Below, piece after piece: positions 39,231-48,993 of a stretch of DNA of 64,000 nucleotides. Location: positions 878-64,877 of the forward strand of contig JADDPH010000077.1 in assembly GCA_016781925.1 (NCBI GenBank). The letters run 5' to 3'. The notes under the pieces are model-generated. The model was given only the letters and a program-made list of their open reading frames with translations, was not told where the DNA came from and did not search any database. The stretch is from Sphaerobacteraceae bacterium (lineage in GTDB: Bacteria > Chloroflexota > Chloroflexia > Thermomicrobiales > UBA6265). Both the position numbers and the translations under genes were made by a program. Positions within the stretch are counted from its first letter, which is position 1. Each line of letters opens with the position of its first letter.

Positions 39231-40126
39231 GCGCAACAAGCACTTCCGTCGCCCGGACTGGCGCCGCGGCCGGCGCGACCACCCGCCACGGGGGGCGGCG
39301 CATCGGCGGCACGATCTTTCTCGTGGCCGCGATCGTGGTGCTACTGATCTGGACCCTCTTCCCCTTCTACTGGGCGGTCATCAGCTCGTTCAAGAATCCG
39401 GCCGACAACTACGGCAACCACTGGCTGCCGTGGATCACGTTCGAGCCGACGCTGAAGCCCTGGCGGGACCTTTGGGCGATCCGCGAGATCCGCCGGTCCC
39501 TGGTGAACAGCACCATCATCTCCGTCGGCGCGGCCACGGTCGCGCTGGTCCTCGGCACACTCGCGGCCTACGGGATCGCCCGCTTCCGGTTTTTCCGGCC
39601 GCAGAACGGGAGTCTGACCACCTGGTTCCTCTCCCAGCGGGTCCTACCGCCGGTCATCTTCGTCACCCCGTACTTCCTGATCATGGGCCAACTCGGCCTG
39701 CTTGACACCGTGTGGGCGCTGATCCTGCTTAACGCCACGTTCAACCTGCCCTTCCCGGTGATCATCCTGACCCAGATGTTCCGGGAGATTCCGAAGGAGT
39801 TGGAAGAAGCGGCGCAGGTGGATGGCGAAAGCCGTCTCGGCATCTTCCTCCGCATCGCGGTGCCCCTGGTCTTGCCGGGGTTGGTGGTGAGCTGGTTCCT
39901 CTGCCTTGCGTTCAGCTGGAACGAGTTCCTGTTCGGCTTCGCGATGTCCCAGAAGGACGCGCGGCCAATGCCGGTCTTCCTTGCCGGTGGCGACCAGACC
40001 CGCGGGGTCGACTTCCAGGCGATCGGCACCCGGATGCTCCTGACCGCGTCCGTCCCGCTCGTCGCCTCGCTTCTCGTCCAGCGCTACATCGTCCGCGGGC
40101 TCTCACTCGGGGCGGTAAAAGGATGA
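39227..40126 (+). CDS. ABC transporter permease (MalG-like)
   Basis: ATGA overlap with the upstream permease. EAAQVDGESRLGIFLRIAVPL is the EAA loop. Confidence 0.9.
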   Translation: MSATSTSVARTGAAAGATTRHGGRRIGGTIFLVAAIVVLLIWTLFPFYWAVISSFKNPADNYGNHWLPWITFEPTLKPWRDLWAIREIRRSLVNSTIISVGAATVALVLGTLAAYGIARFRFFRPQNGSLTTWFLSQRVLPPVIFVTPYFLIMGQLGLLDTVWALILLNATFNLPFPVIILTQMFREIPKELEEAAQVDGESRLGIFLRIAVPLVLPGLVVSWFLCLAFSWNEFLFGFAMSQKDARPMPVFLAGGDQTRGVDFQAIGTRMLLTASVPLVASLLVQRYIVRGLSLGAVKG

Positions 40127-40298
40127 CCGGGAGAACGAGTCGGGATGTCGAGGAGCCGAGCCGTCGAGGAGTGAGCGATCGATCGCGGAGGCACATGAGA
40201 AGTCGGAGCAGTGCGTGGCTGACTGAGCACCCTTCGGCTCCCGTCGCCCCCTCGATTTCTCACCTCCCCGACTTCTCGACTGTTCGACTGCTCGACTC

Positions 40299-41822
40299 GT
40301 GACCCCGCTCCTCGTCGGTGTTGACGTCGGAACGACCAACGTCAAGGCGGTGGTCTACAAACCAGATGGCACGGCCGTGGCCGTCGCGGTGGTGCCCACC
40401 CCGACCCATTACCCGCGGCCATCCTGGGCCTTCTACCGCCCGGATGAATTGTGGGCGCAGACGACCTCGGCCCTGCGGGACGCGCTGGCAAAGGTTGACG
40501 ACCCGAGGCGAGTCGCGGGCATCGCGATCACGAGCATGGGCGAGGCAGGCGTCCCCTTGGACACAGCCGGGAAGCCGACGTTCGACGCGATCGCCTGGTT
40601 CGACACCCGGACCGAACCCCAGGTGGCCTGGCTCGAACGGGAGATCGGCCGCGACTTCCTCTTTGCGACAACCGGGCTCTCTCTTCAGCCGATCTGGAGC
40701 CTCTGCAAGCTGCTCTGGTTGCGGGAGAACCAACCGGATGCCTTCGGCCGTACCGTCCGCTGGCTCAACATCGCGGACTACGTCGCCTACCGCCTGTGCG
40801 GGGCGCAAGCGACAGACCTCTCGCTCGCATCGCGGACGATGGCGCTGGATCTGGCCGGGCTTCGCTGGTCGGAGGATCTGCTCGCGGCTGTTGGACTGCC
40901 GCGCGATCTCCTCGCCCCGCTTGCACCGAGTGGCACCCGGCTGGCAGGGGTGACGGCGGAAAGCGCGCGCGAGACCGGTCTGCTGGCGCATACACCCGTC
41001 TCAGCCGGCGGCCACGACCACGTCTGTGGCGCCTTTGCCGCCGGCGTCACCGAGCCTGGCGCCGTCCTCAACTCGCTCGGTACCGCCGAAGCGCTGTTCG
41101 TGGCCCTGGAACGCCCCCTCACCGACGCGGCGATGGGCGACCAGGGCTACTCCCAGGGGGCGCACGTTGTTCCCGGCCGTTACTACGCCTTCGGCGGGCA
41201 GTACACGGTCGGCGCAAGCGTCGACTGGCTGCGAGGGATCCTCGGAGCCGACGCTGACTACGCGACCTTGCTAGCGGAGGCGGAAGCGACGCCGCCCGGC
41301 AGCCTGGGAGTCTGCTTCCTCCCTCACCTGCGCCTCGCCGGCCCCCCGGTCGACGACCCTCGCTCCCGCGGGGCATTCGTGGGCCTCAGCACCGACGCCA
41401 CCCGTGGCACGCTGGTTCGGGCAACACTTGAGGGTCTGGCCTTTGAATCTCGCAGCTCCTTAGAGCCCCTGCTTGCCCACGCGGGCGTGGCGATGCCGTC
41501 GGAAATCGTCGCCATAGGCGGGGTGACCCGGAACACCCTCCTTATGCGGATCAAGGCGACCACCCTGGATCGCCCGTTCACCATTGCGGATGTCGAGGAA
41601 GCAACGACCCTCGGCGCGGCAATCCTCGGCGGAATCGGAGCCGGCGTCTACCCGGACGTGCCAACCGCCCTCTCTGGTCTCCGCTACCCACGAACCCCCA
41701 CACTACCCATGGCAGAGGATGTTGTCAGCTACGACGCGCTCTATCGTGACGTCTACCGGCGCATCTATCCCGCGCTGCGCCCGGTCCACCACGCCGTCCA
41801 CGCTTCACAGTCGGGGTCATAA
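40299..41822 (+). CDS. FGGY-family carbohydrate kinase (paralog 1)
   Basis: GVDVGTTNVKAVVY phosphate-1 motif...GGHDHVCGAF...GGVTRNTLLMRIKA. Confidence 0.9.
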   Translation: MTPLLVGVDVGTTNVKAVVYKPDGTAVAVAVVPTPTHYPRPSWAFYRPDELWAQTTSALRDALAKVDDPRRVAGIAITSMGEAGVPLDTAGKPTFDAIAWFDTRTEPQVAWLEREIGRDFLFATTGLSLQPIWSLCKLLWLRENQPDAFGRTVRWLNIADYVAYRLCGAQATDLSLASRTMALDLAGLRWSEDLLAAVGLPRDLLAPLAPSGTRLAGVTAESARETGLLAHTPVSAGGHDHVCGAFAAGVTEPGAVLNSLGTAEALFVALERPLTDAAMGDQGYSQGAHVVPGRYYAFGGQYTVGASVDWLRGILGADADYATLLAEAEATPPGSLGVCFLPHLRLAGPPVDDPRSRGAFVGLSTDATRGTLVRATLEGLAFESRSSLEPLLAHAGVAMPSEIVAIGGVTRNTLLMRIKATTLDRPFTIADVEEATTLGAAILGGIGAGVYPDVPTALSGLRYPRTPTLPMAEDVVSYDALYRDVYRRIYPALRPVHHAVHASQSGS

Positions 41823-41872
41823 CCAGAGCCTCCACCAAGAAGCGTTCATATCCATCCCGGAGCCAATGAACC

Positions 41873-43396
41873 ATGCCCGTCTCCGACACCTATCTCGGCA
41901 TTGACCTCGGTACCTCCGCGGTCAAAGCGCTGCTCGTCGACAAAACGGGCCACGTCCTCGGCCGGGGCTCAGCAGAGCACCCGATCTCTCACCCTCGTCC
42001 CCACTACGCGGAGCAAGATCCTGCCGACTGGTGGTGTGGAGTTCTGCGAGCCACGCGACAAGCGGTCGGGAACACCGGGCCGGACCGTGTCGCGGCGATC
42101 GGACTTTCCGGACAGATGCACGGGACGGTTCTGCTTGGTGCCGCCGACGAGATCCTGGCACCGGCGATCATTTGGCCGGACCAGCGGAGCCGGCAGCAGG
42201 TGGACGAGATCACGGAGATGGTCGGGCCGGAGCGCTTGATCGAGCTGACCGGAAGCCCCATCGCGACGGGGTTCCAGGCCGCATCTCTCCGCTGGGTGCA
42301 GCAAGAACAACCCCGCCTCTGGGAGCGCACCCGGCACGTCCTCCTCCCCAAGGATGAGATCCGTCGTCGCCTCACGGGGACCCTCGCCACCGACCCAAGC
42401 GACGGCTCCGGCGCCCTGCTGTTGGACGTGCGGCAGCGGGACTGGTCGGACGACCTGCTCGCGGCACTGGACGTGGAGCGGGAGCAGCTCCCCCCGGTCC
42501 ACCCCTCGACATCGGTGGCCGGCGACCTACGGCCCGACGTGGCTGCAGAGCTCGGCCTGTCCTCCGGCATCCCCGTCGTCGTGGGTGCGGCCGACGCCGC
42601 CTGCGCCGCGCTCGGCGCCGGCATCGTCGAGCCGAGCACGATGCTCCTGACCTTCAGCACGGGAGCCCAGACGCTGATCCCAATGGTGGAGGTCGAGGTG
42701 GATCGGGAGGGCCGGCTGCACACCTTTTGCGGTGCTCTGGAGCCGGGGCCTGGGCAAGCGGGCTGGTACACGATGGGCGCCACTCTGAGCGCTGGCCTCG
42801 CGATGCGTTGGCTACGCGACAGCGTCTTCGCCCTGGATGGAGCGGACGCGTACGAGCGAATGACGGCCTGGGCCGAAGAAGCTTCGGTGGGTGCCGGTGG
42901 TCTCCTGTTCCTCCCCTATCTCGCCGGGGAGCGCACCCCCCACATGGACCCGCGGGCACGCGGGATGTTCCTCGGGCTGACGGCGCGGCACGGCCGGGCG
43001 GAGTTGGTTCGTGCCCTGATGGAGGGTGTGGTCCTCGCCGCCTACGACGCCTACGCGGCGCTCACTGACCTCGGCGCGGCACCAACGAGCATCATCGTCG
43101 CCGGCGGCGGCGCTCGTAGTCCCCTCTGGCGACAGATTGTGGCCGACGTGTTCAACCTGCCGGTGCTGCCCTTGCTCCACCAGGAGCAATCTGCCTCGGG
43201 CGCTGCTCTTCTCGCCGCTGCCGGAGTCCATGGCCTTGACCCGGAAAGCGTTGCACCGACCTGGGCCGCGTACGGCGATCCGGTGGAACCGGTTTCAGCG
43301 CACCATGACCGCTACGAGGACCTGTTCCACATCTTCCGTTCGTCCTACGTCAAGCATCGGGAGGATTTTGTCATGCTCGGGGCGTTGGAGGCATAG
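41873..43396 (+). CDS. FGGY-family carbohydrate kinase, xylulokinase-like (paralog 2)
   Basis: GIDLGTSAVKALLV...QDPADWW...GLSGQMHGTVLL...GGGARSPLWRQIVADV. Confidence 0.9.
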   Translation: MPVSDTYLGIDLGTSAVKALLVDKTGHVLGRGSAEHPISHPRPHYAEQDPADWWCGVLRATRQAVGNTGPDRVAAIGLSGQMHGTVLLGAADEILAPAIIWPDQRSRQQVDEITEMVGPERLIELTGSPIATGFQAASLRWVQQEQPRLWERTRHVLLPKDEIRRRLTGTLATDPSDGSGALLLDVRQRDWSDDLLAALDVEREQLPPVHPSTSVAGDLRPDVAAELGLSSGIPVVVGAADAACAALGAGIVEPSTMLLTFSTGAQTLIPMVEVEVDREGRLHTFCGALEPGPGQAGWYTMGATLSAGLAMRWLRDSVFALDGADAYERMTAWAEEASVGAGGLLFLPYLAGERTPHMDPRARGMFLGLTARHGRAELVRALMEGVVLAAYDAYAALTDLGAAPTSIIVAGGGARSPLWRQIVADVFNLPVLPLLHQEQSASGAALLAAAGVHGLDPESVAPTWAAYGDPVEPVSAHHDRYEDLFHIFRSSYVKHREDFVMLGALEA

Positions 43397-43446
43397 CCCA
43401 CTGGGTCCTGGCCACGGTTCCCGCCTTTCAGCCCGCACCGCCGGCC

Positions 43447-44973
43447 CTATCCGCCGATATCTACCGGTACTTTGGCCTCTCCGTCCCGACCAACCACAGC
43501 GGCCTGGGCGGAGATGAGACGGCGGCGCTCGTCAAGGGCGAAGGCCTCGCGGGCCCACGGTCGGGGCTCGACCTCGGCGATTACCGCTGGACGCCAGGCT
43601 GCCACCACGTCCGCTACGCGCTCGCCGCGCACGATCGCGGCGGCCTGCATCGCCGCGCCCCGCGCCGCGTGCTCCCCCCCAGTGCGAACCGTGACCGGCA
43701 GCCCGGTGGCGTCGGCAACGGCCTGCTGCCAGGCCGGGTGCGCCGAGCCACCACCGACCATGGTGGCAACAGGAGCAGAGATGCCGAGCCGGGCCAGCGC
43801 CTCGACGCAGTAGGCCAACCCGGCCGCTACGCCGTCCAGGGCGGCGCGCAAGAGCATGTCAGGCGTTGCCGTCCCGTCCGTCAGCCCGGTGATCGATCCC
43901 GTCGCCCGTGGCAGGTTCGGTGTTCGCTCGCCGGCGAGATAGGGCATCAGGAGGAGCCCGCCGGCCCCCGGCGGTACGGTGCCGGCTCGGTCCAGGGCCG
44001 TCGCACGGTCGATCCCGAGCAGACCGGCGATGGCGTCAACGACACGGGTGCAGTTGATCATGCAGGCCAGCGGCATGAACCGGCCGGTCGCGTCGGCGAA
44101 CCCACAGACCTCCCCCGTCTCGTCGGCAGTGGGCCGGTCGCTGACCACGAAGGCGGTCCCACTGGTACCAAGGCTAATCACGACTTCATCAGGGCCTGCC
44201 CCGACCCCGAGCGCGGCGGCCATGTTGTCTCCAGTTCCCGGGCCAACCGGAATCCCGGCCGGCAAACCGAGTTCCGCTGCCGCTGCAGATGAGAGGCTGC
44301 CGGCCGGCTCCTCCGGTCCGCGCACCGCCGGAAGGCGCAGCCGCTCGGCGGCCTCCTCCCCAGCGGCCAGCGCAAGGAGGTCCCGTCGATCCCTGCCCTC
44401 TCGCGGCGACCACCAGCCGCTGCCGGATGCATCCCCGCGATCGGTGGCCATCTCGCCCGTCAGCTGGAGGTTGAGCCAGTCGTGCGGGAGGCAAATCGCA
44501 GCCGTGCGAGTGAGGTCGTCCGGAGAGGTCCTGGCGAGGTGAGCCAGCTTGGAGATGGTGACCGAGGCCACGAGCCGGGTCCCGACAACGCCAGCGAAGT
44601 CGGCCAAGGCATTGAGCCGCTCCGCGTCGGGCGCCGCGGCAACGTTGTTCCAGAGCGGCGCCGGCCGCACGATCTCCCCGGCCGCATCGAGGGTGACGAA
44701 CCCGTGCTGCTGCCCGCCGACGGAGAGACCCGCCACCCGCAGGTCCGATCCATCCGGCACGGCGCCTGCCACCGCCGTGCGAAGCGCTCTCCACCACTCG
44801 CTGGGATGCTGCACGGAAAGTGGCGGCTCTGCCCCGGAAACGCCGGAGTGCGGCGCCCGTCCCTGGCCCACGACCTCGCCGCTCTCCACGTCGAGCGCGA
44901 CAACTTTCGTCGATTGCGTCCCCGAGTCGACCCCGAGCACCACGGTGCGCGCCACGGCCTCCTCCCTCCCCAC
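43447..44973 (-). CDS. FGGY-family carbohydrate kinase (paralog 3, convergent)
   Basis: GVDSGTQSTKVVAL...HPSEWWRAL...GGQQHGFVTL...GGGSAHPAWQQAVADA. Confidence 0.9.
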   Translation of the reverse strand: MGREEAVARTVVLGVDSGTQSTKVVALDVESGEVVGQGRAPHSGVSGAEPPLSVQHPSEWWRALRTAVAGAVPDGSDLRVAGLSVGGQQHGFVTLDAAGEIVRPAPLWNNVAAAPDAERLNALADFAGVVGTRLVASVTISKLAHLARTSPDDLTRTAAICLPHDWLNLQLTGEMATDRGDASGSGWWSPREGRDRRDLLALAAGEEAAERLRLPAVRGPEEPAGSLSSAAAAELGLPAGIPVGPGTGDNMAAALGVGAGPDEVVISLGTSGTAFVVSDRPTADETGEVCGFADATGRFMPLACMINCTRVVDAIAGLLGIDRATALDRAGTVPPGAGGLLLMPYLAGERTPNLPRATGSITGLTDGTATPDMLLRAALDGVAAGLAYCVEALARLGISAPVATMVGGGSAHPAWQQAVADATGLPVTVRTGGEHAARGAAMQAAAIVRGERVADVVAAWRPAVIAEVEPRPWAREAFALDERRRLISAQAAVVGRDGEAKVPVDIGG

Positions 44974-45036
44974 GCCGAGCCGTTCAAGGTGAAGGATTCT
45001 ACGGCAGTGCCGCCGGAACCACCTTCTCGCCAGTCG

Positions 45037-45888
45037 TCAGGCAGAGGGCTCGGGTGGGGGCAGCGATTCGGTGGGGCGGGTCAAGGAGGCCGCGTCCCGG
45101 ATCGGTGGGTAGGCCGATCCCCAGGTACCCCGCTGAAGGAGCAGCAGCAGCGCCCGCTGATCGGCCGGTTCCAGGGCCAGGCGCTGCTCGGCGAAGAACT
45201 CGGTCAGGCGGTCCCGATCCAGCCCATGAGCGTCGGAGAGATCCCGGCGGAGGTCACGCCGGCGCTCATGCCCAGCATCCCGTAGCGCCACGAGCGTCTC
45301 CAGCCCTGGGCCGAGGGCAGCACGATCGAGCGCGCGCGGCACCGCGAGGACGTGGGTGATGGCTGGTTCGCCGGTGAGTACGAACCAGGCTCGGCACAGG
45401 TCTTCCGCGAATCCGGCCTCGGGTGGCCGGAGCGCCTCCGCTCCCTCAACGACGACAACCTGCGCCTCGGCAGTATCATCGCTGGTCCAGGCCAGCGGGA
45501 CGATGCCGTAGAAGGGCTTCAGCGTTGCGCGGGCCAGCACCTCGGCCGCACCACTCGTTCGCCAAAGGCGAATGGGGGTGCGCTCGACCTCGTCCGGCCG
45601 CACCGGAACGCGCATGGCAATGGACCCCACGGACCCGGCAACGACTGCCGCCTCCCGGCCAAGGGTATGGGTTGCCAGCAGCGCGGCGATCTCCGGGGCC
45701 GGAACCAGGGCGATATCCTCCGGCCCCACATCCACGGCACGCAATTCGGAGCGGGCCTCGCTGGGAATCACCGGCGCGACCCAACCGGCTGTCAGCGGAT
45801 GGACGAACGGCGCCATAGCCAGGGTGTCATGGAGCAGGAGACGCACGTCGGTCCTCGTTCGTAGGAGGGCAGGAGCGCCCAACGACAT
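45037..45888 (-). CDS. MqnA-like (chorismate dehydratase / periplasmic-binding-fold) protein, divergent
   Basis: EDLCRAWFVLTGEPAITHVLAVPR and EFFAEQRLALEPADQRALLLLLQRG resemble conserved MqnA blocks. ATG 45888 is chosen to avoid overlap with pheA. Confidence 0.55.
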   Translation of the reverse strand: MSLGAPALLRTRTDVRLLLHDTLAMAPFVHPLTAGWVAPVIPSEARSELRAVDVGPEDIALVPAPEIAALLATHTLGREAAVVAGSVGSIAMRVPVRPDEVERTPIRLWRTSGAAEVLARATLKPFYGIVPLAWTSDDTAEAQVVVVEGAEALRPPEAGFAEDLCRAWFVLTGEPAITHVLAVPRALDRAALGPGLETLVALRDAGHERRRDLRRDLSDAHGLDRDRLTEFFAEQRLALEPADQRALLLLLQRGTWGSAYPPIRDAASLTRPTESLPPPEPSA

Positions 45889-45956
45889 CGTTGCTTCGTC
45901 GAGGATAGCAGCGGAGAGCGGGCGGGTGCAGATCAACCAACGAGCGGTCAGCCCAC

Positions 45957-46832
45957 CTACGAGGGAAAGGCAGGAGTATCCACCTGATTGCGGAGCGTCT
46001 CCATAGGGAATCTCGGATAGGACCCGAACACCTTCAAGACGGCGCAGAGCTCTCCGACGCGCTCCAGGGCCCTGACGACCGGAGGGTCGGTCCGGTGTCC
46101 CTCCAGATCCGCCAAGAAAACGTACTCGCCGAGCCAACCCTTGGTCGGCCGGCTTTCCACCTTGGTGAGTTGAAGCCCTTCCGCCGCAAACGCGCCGAGC
46201 GCCGCATAGAGCGCTCCGGGGACATTGTCCTTGACGGTGAAGCCAACGGAGGTCTTGTCGGCGCCGGTCGGCGCCGCGTCTTGCTGAGCCAGGACCACGA
46301 AGCGAGTGAAATTTGCTCGGACGTCTTGGATGTCGTGAGCGAGAACGGCGCCACCATACAACTCAGCCGCGCGGGCGGTCCCGATACCGGCCCGGCTGGA
46401 GTCGCCGCCGGACGCTGCATCCTGGACGGCCGCCGCGGTGCTGAGTGCGGCGATCTGCTCCGCACCTGGGAGGCAGCGCTCTAGGAAGCGGCGGCACTGA
46501 CCGAGCGCCTGCGGGTGGGAAGCGACTATGCGGATGTCCGCCAAGGTGGCACCGGGCGCAGTCACCAGGAAATGGCGGACCGGCAGCGCCACCTCAGCCG
46601 CAATCTTCAGCGGCGTTTCGTGGATCAGGAGATCCAGCGTGGCGAAGACCGCCCCCTCGATGGAGTTCTCGATCGGCAGCAACGCCTCGGTCGCCAGGCC
46701 CGTCTCGACCGCCGCGGTGAGGGCCGGGATGCTGCCGAAGGCGAGCAACTCCCCCTGCCCCGCCGTGTGAAGGAGCGCGGCCTCCTCGCTGAATGTCCCC
46801 CGCGGCCCTAAGAACGCCGTCGCCATCGTCAC
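45957..46832 (-). CDS. pheA: prephenate dehydratase
   Basis: AFLGPRGTFSEEAA...LLPIENSIEGAV...TRFVVL, then an ACT domain (LTKVESRPTKGWLGEYVFLADLEGH). Confidence 0.9.
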   Translation of the reverse strand: MTMATAFLGPRGTFSEEAALLHTAGQGELLAFGSIPALTAAVETGLATEALLPIENSIEGAVFATLDLLIHETPLKIAAEVALPVRHFLVTAPGATLADIRIVASHPQALGQCRRFLERCLPGAEQIAALSTAAAVQDAASGGDSSRAGIGTARAAELYGGAVLAHDIQDVRANFTRFVVLAQQDAAPTGADKTSVGFTVKDNVPGALYAALGAFAAEGLQLTKVESRPTKGWLGEYVFLADLEGHRTDPPVVRALERVGELCAVLKVFGSYPRFPMETLRNQVDTPAFPS

Positions 46833-46937
46833 ATGCCCTCCACGGGTAGGGACTGTATGGCAACGAGGAGGCGGTGTCCACCTTGGCAGCAGACTTGGAT
46901 AGCTGAAAAGGTCGGTCTGTCACCTATACTCAGCGGC

Positions 46938-47627
46938 ATGGCACCTCGGAAAGTCCGCTACGTCAAGGAACGGCCGCCGGCACCCTCCGTCGAGAGCGCC
47001 TGGCGGCTGTTCATCTCAGTTCCCCTCCCCCCGGCGGTCACGACGCTGGTCGGGGAGCTGGTGCGAGATCTCGGTGCGGAGGGGTGGCCGGTCCGCTGGG
47101 TGGCGCCAGACACGGCGCACATCACGCTCCAATTCATCGGTGACGTTCCGCCGGAGCGGGCGGAGTTTCTGCGCCTGGCGCTCCCGCCCGTCGTCGCCCG
47201 CCACGATGCCTTCAATCTCCGCACCGCCGACCTCGGCGTCTTTCCCAATCAGCGACGGCCGCGGGTGATCTGGCTCGGCCTGTACGGGCCCGCGCACCGT
47301 CTGGCGTCGCTCCGGGACGACATCAGCGATCTGCTGCGCCAGTTCGAGTTCCCCCTCGATGACAAGGAATTCCACCCTCACGTGACCCTCGGCCGGGTGC
47401 GGGACGTGCGAGATGGCTCTGGACGGGATCTGCCGGCGGCGATCCAGCGCCGCTTCGCGGAGGTAGCTGCTTCGGGCCAGGTCACCGCCAAGGCGCCGAT
47501 CCCCGTTCCCGTCCAAGAGGTGCACCTGGTTCGCAGCTTCCTCGGGCGGGAGGGGGCACGACACGAACCCATCGCCCGGTGTCCGCTCGGAGCCCCGGTT
47601 GCCAAGCCACGGCGCGACGACGAGTGA
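46938..47627 (+). CDS. thpR: RNA 2',3'-cyclic phosphodiesterase (2H phosphoesterase, ThpR/LigT)
   Basis: Two HxT/S motifs: AHITLQFIG and PHVTLGRV. The start is uncertain (ORF open from 46833). Confidence 0.8.
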   Translation: MAPRKVRYVKERPPAPSVESAWRLFISVPLPPAVTTLVGELVRDLGAEGWPVRWVAPDTAHITLQFIGDVPPERAEFLRLALPPVVARHDAFNLRTADLGVFPNQRRPRVIWLGLYGPAHRLASLRDDISDLLRQFEFPLDDKEFHPHVTLGRVRDVRDGSGRDLPAAIQRRFAEVAASGQVTAKAPIPVPVQEVHLVRSFLGREGARHEPIARCPLGAPVAKPRRDDE

Positions 47628-48136
47628 GCGACGACCGTCGTATTCAGGTGGCGGTCTGTGGACCCGGGGACGCGACCCAGGCAGAGGAGACCGCCGCCGA
47701 GCGAACCGGTCAACTTCTCGCAAAGCGCGGCTGCGTCCTGATCTGTGGCGGTCTCGGCGGGGTGATGGCCGCTGCGTGCCGGGGAGCGAAGACAGGAGGG
47801 GGCACGACGATCGGCATCCTCCCGGGCAGCGATCACACGGCCGCCAACCCGTGGGTGGATCACGCGATCTGCACGGGTTTCGGTCAAGCGCGAAACGCGG
47901 TCGTGGCCGCCACGGCTGAGGCAGTCATCGCCGTGGGTGGCGGATTTGGCACCCTTTCAGAGATCGCGCTCGCACTCCGTCTCAGACGTCCCGTGATCGT
48001 TCTCGGTGGCTGGTCGGCCACGCTAGATACCAGCGAGGGGCGCGAGATGATCGCCCTCCTCGGTGGCAACATGGAGCATGTGACATCACCGGACGAGGCG
48101 GTCGAGGCGGCGCTGCGGGCGATCCAACCAAAGTAG
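47624..48136 (+). CDS. TIGR00725/LOG-like (SLOG superfamily) Rossmann protein
   Basis: The GTG overlaps the thpR stop (GTGA). VAVCGPGD...LICGGLGGVMAAACRGA...AVGGGFGTLSEIALAL. Confidence 0.75.
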   Translation: MSDDRRIQVAVCGPGDATQAEETAAERTGQLLAKRGCVLICGGLGGVMAAACRGAKTGGGTTIGILPGSDHTAANPWVDHAICTGFGQARNAVVAATAEAVIAVGGGFGTLSEIALALRLRRPVIVLGGWSATLDTSEGREMIALLGGNMEHVTSPDEAVEAALRAIQPK

Positions 48137-48221
48137 GGCTGAGGGTCTGAAGAGTTTTCCCGTGCTCCCGGGTGTGGCGTCACACGGGGGAAGCGCCTCG
48201 GATTGCATCGTTCGCCACGGA

Positions 48222-48253
48222 GAAGTCCCGCCCCTGTGGTAGGGCGGGACTTC
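48222..48253. terminator. hairpin between convergent genes
   Basis: GAAGTCCCGCCC-CTGTGGTA-GGGCGGGACTTC, a 12-bp perfect stem. Confidence 0.6.
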
Positions 48254-48303
48254 AATGAACGAACACGTTCTGGAGTACCGGGTCGTCACCCTGTCACGCT
48301 GGG

Positions 48304-48762
48304 TTACGGTCCGGTCTGCTCAGCCAAGTTCTCCTCGCGGCGGCCGACGACTGGCTCACCCATCTCGGCGAAGTACTTGAAGTTATCCAGGTCCTGCTGG
48401 ACTTCCCGCGCGACGGCCTGGGTCAGTGTGTCTCCGACGGCTTCTAGCGGGTTGCGCTCGTACTCGATGGTCACAAAGACGTGGGTTCCGCCCTCATGCG
48501 GCTCGAAGCGGACGGTACCGCTATTCGGGGTGCCACTGGTGGAACGCCAGCTCACAGACTGGTTCGGCGTCATCTCCGTAATCTGGGCATCCCACTCTTC
48601 CCGCTTCCCACGGATATTCGCGATCCAGTGGAGCTGTCGCTCCGCCTGATCGATGGCCGTGACGTTTTGCATGAAGTTTGGAAACGCTTCGAAGTTCGTC
48701 CAGATCTCATAGGCCCGGCTCACCGGGACATTGACGTGGATGTCTTTCTCAACCTTGGCCAT
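48304..48762 (-). CDS. SRPBCC-family (polyketide cyclase/dehydrase-like) protein
   Basis: 152 aa. IHVNVPVSRAYEIWTNFEAFPNFMQNV...SVSWRSTSG...GTVRFEP. Confidence 0.85.
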   Translation of the reverse strand: MAKVEKDIHVNVPVSRAYEIWTNFEAFPNFMQNVTAIDQAERQLHWIANIRGKREEWDAQITEMTPNQSVSWRSTSGTPNSGTVRFEPHEGGTHVFVTIEYERNPLEAVGDTLTQAVAREVQQDLDNFKYFAEMGEPVVGRREENLAEQTGP

Positions 48763-48993
48763 CGTGTCTGGTCCTTTCCATAGCGGGCGGCGACGGCTGC
48801 GAGGGCGCCGTCCAAGCTTTTCGGGTTTCGCAGGGATCGTGCCGTCAAGCGACTACGCCAGATCCCCGAGTGTTATGGAATGTCGGCGTCGGGCGAATCC
48901 AGTATCATTGAACATGGCATCCCACCTTCATGACTGCTGTCTGGGGTTTCAATCGCGCTGCTGCGTCGCTCGCTCGCCGAAGGACCGATCCCG

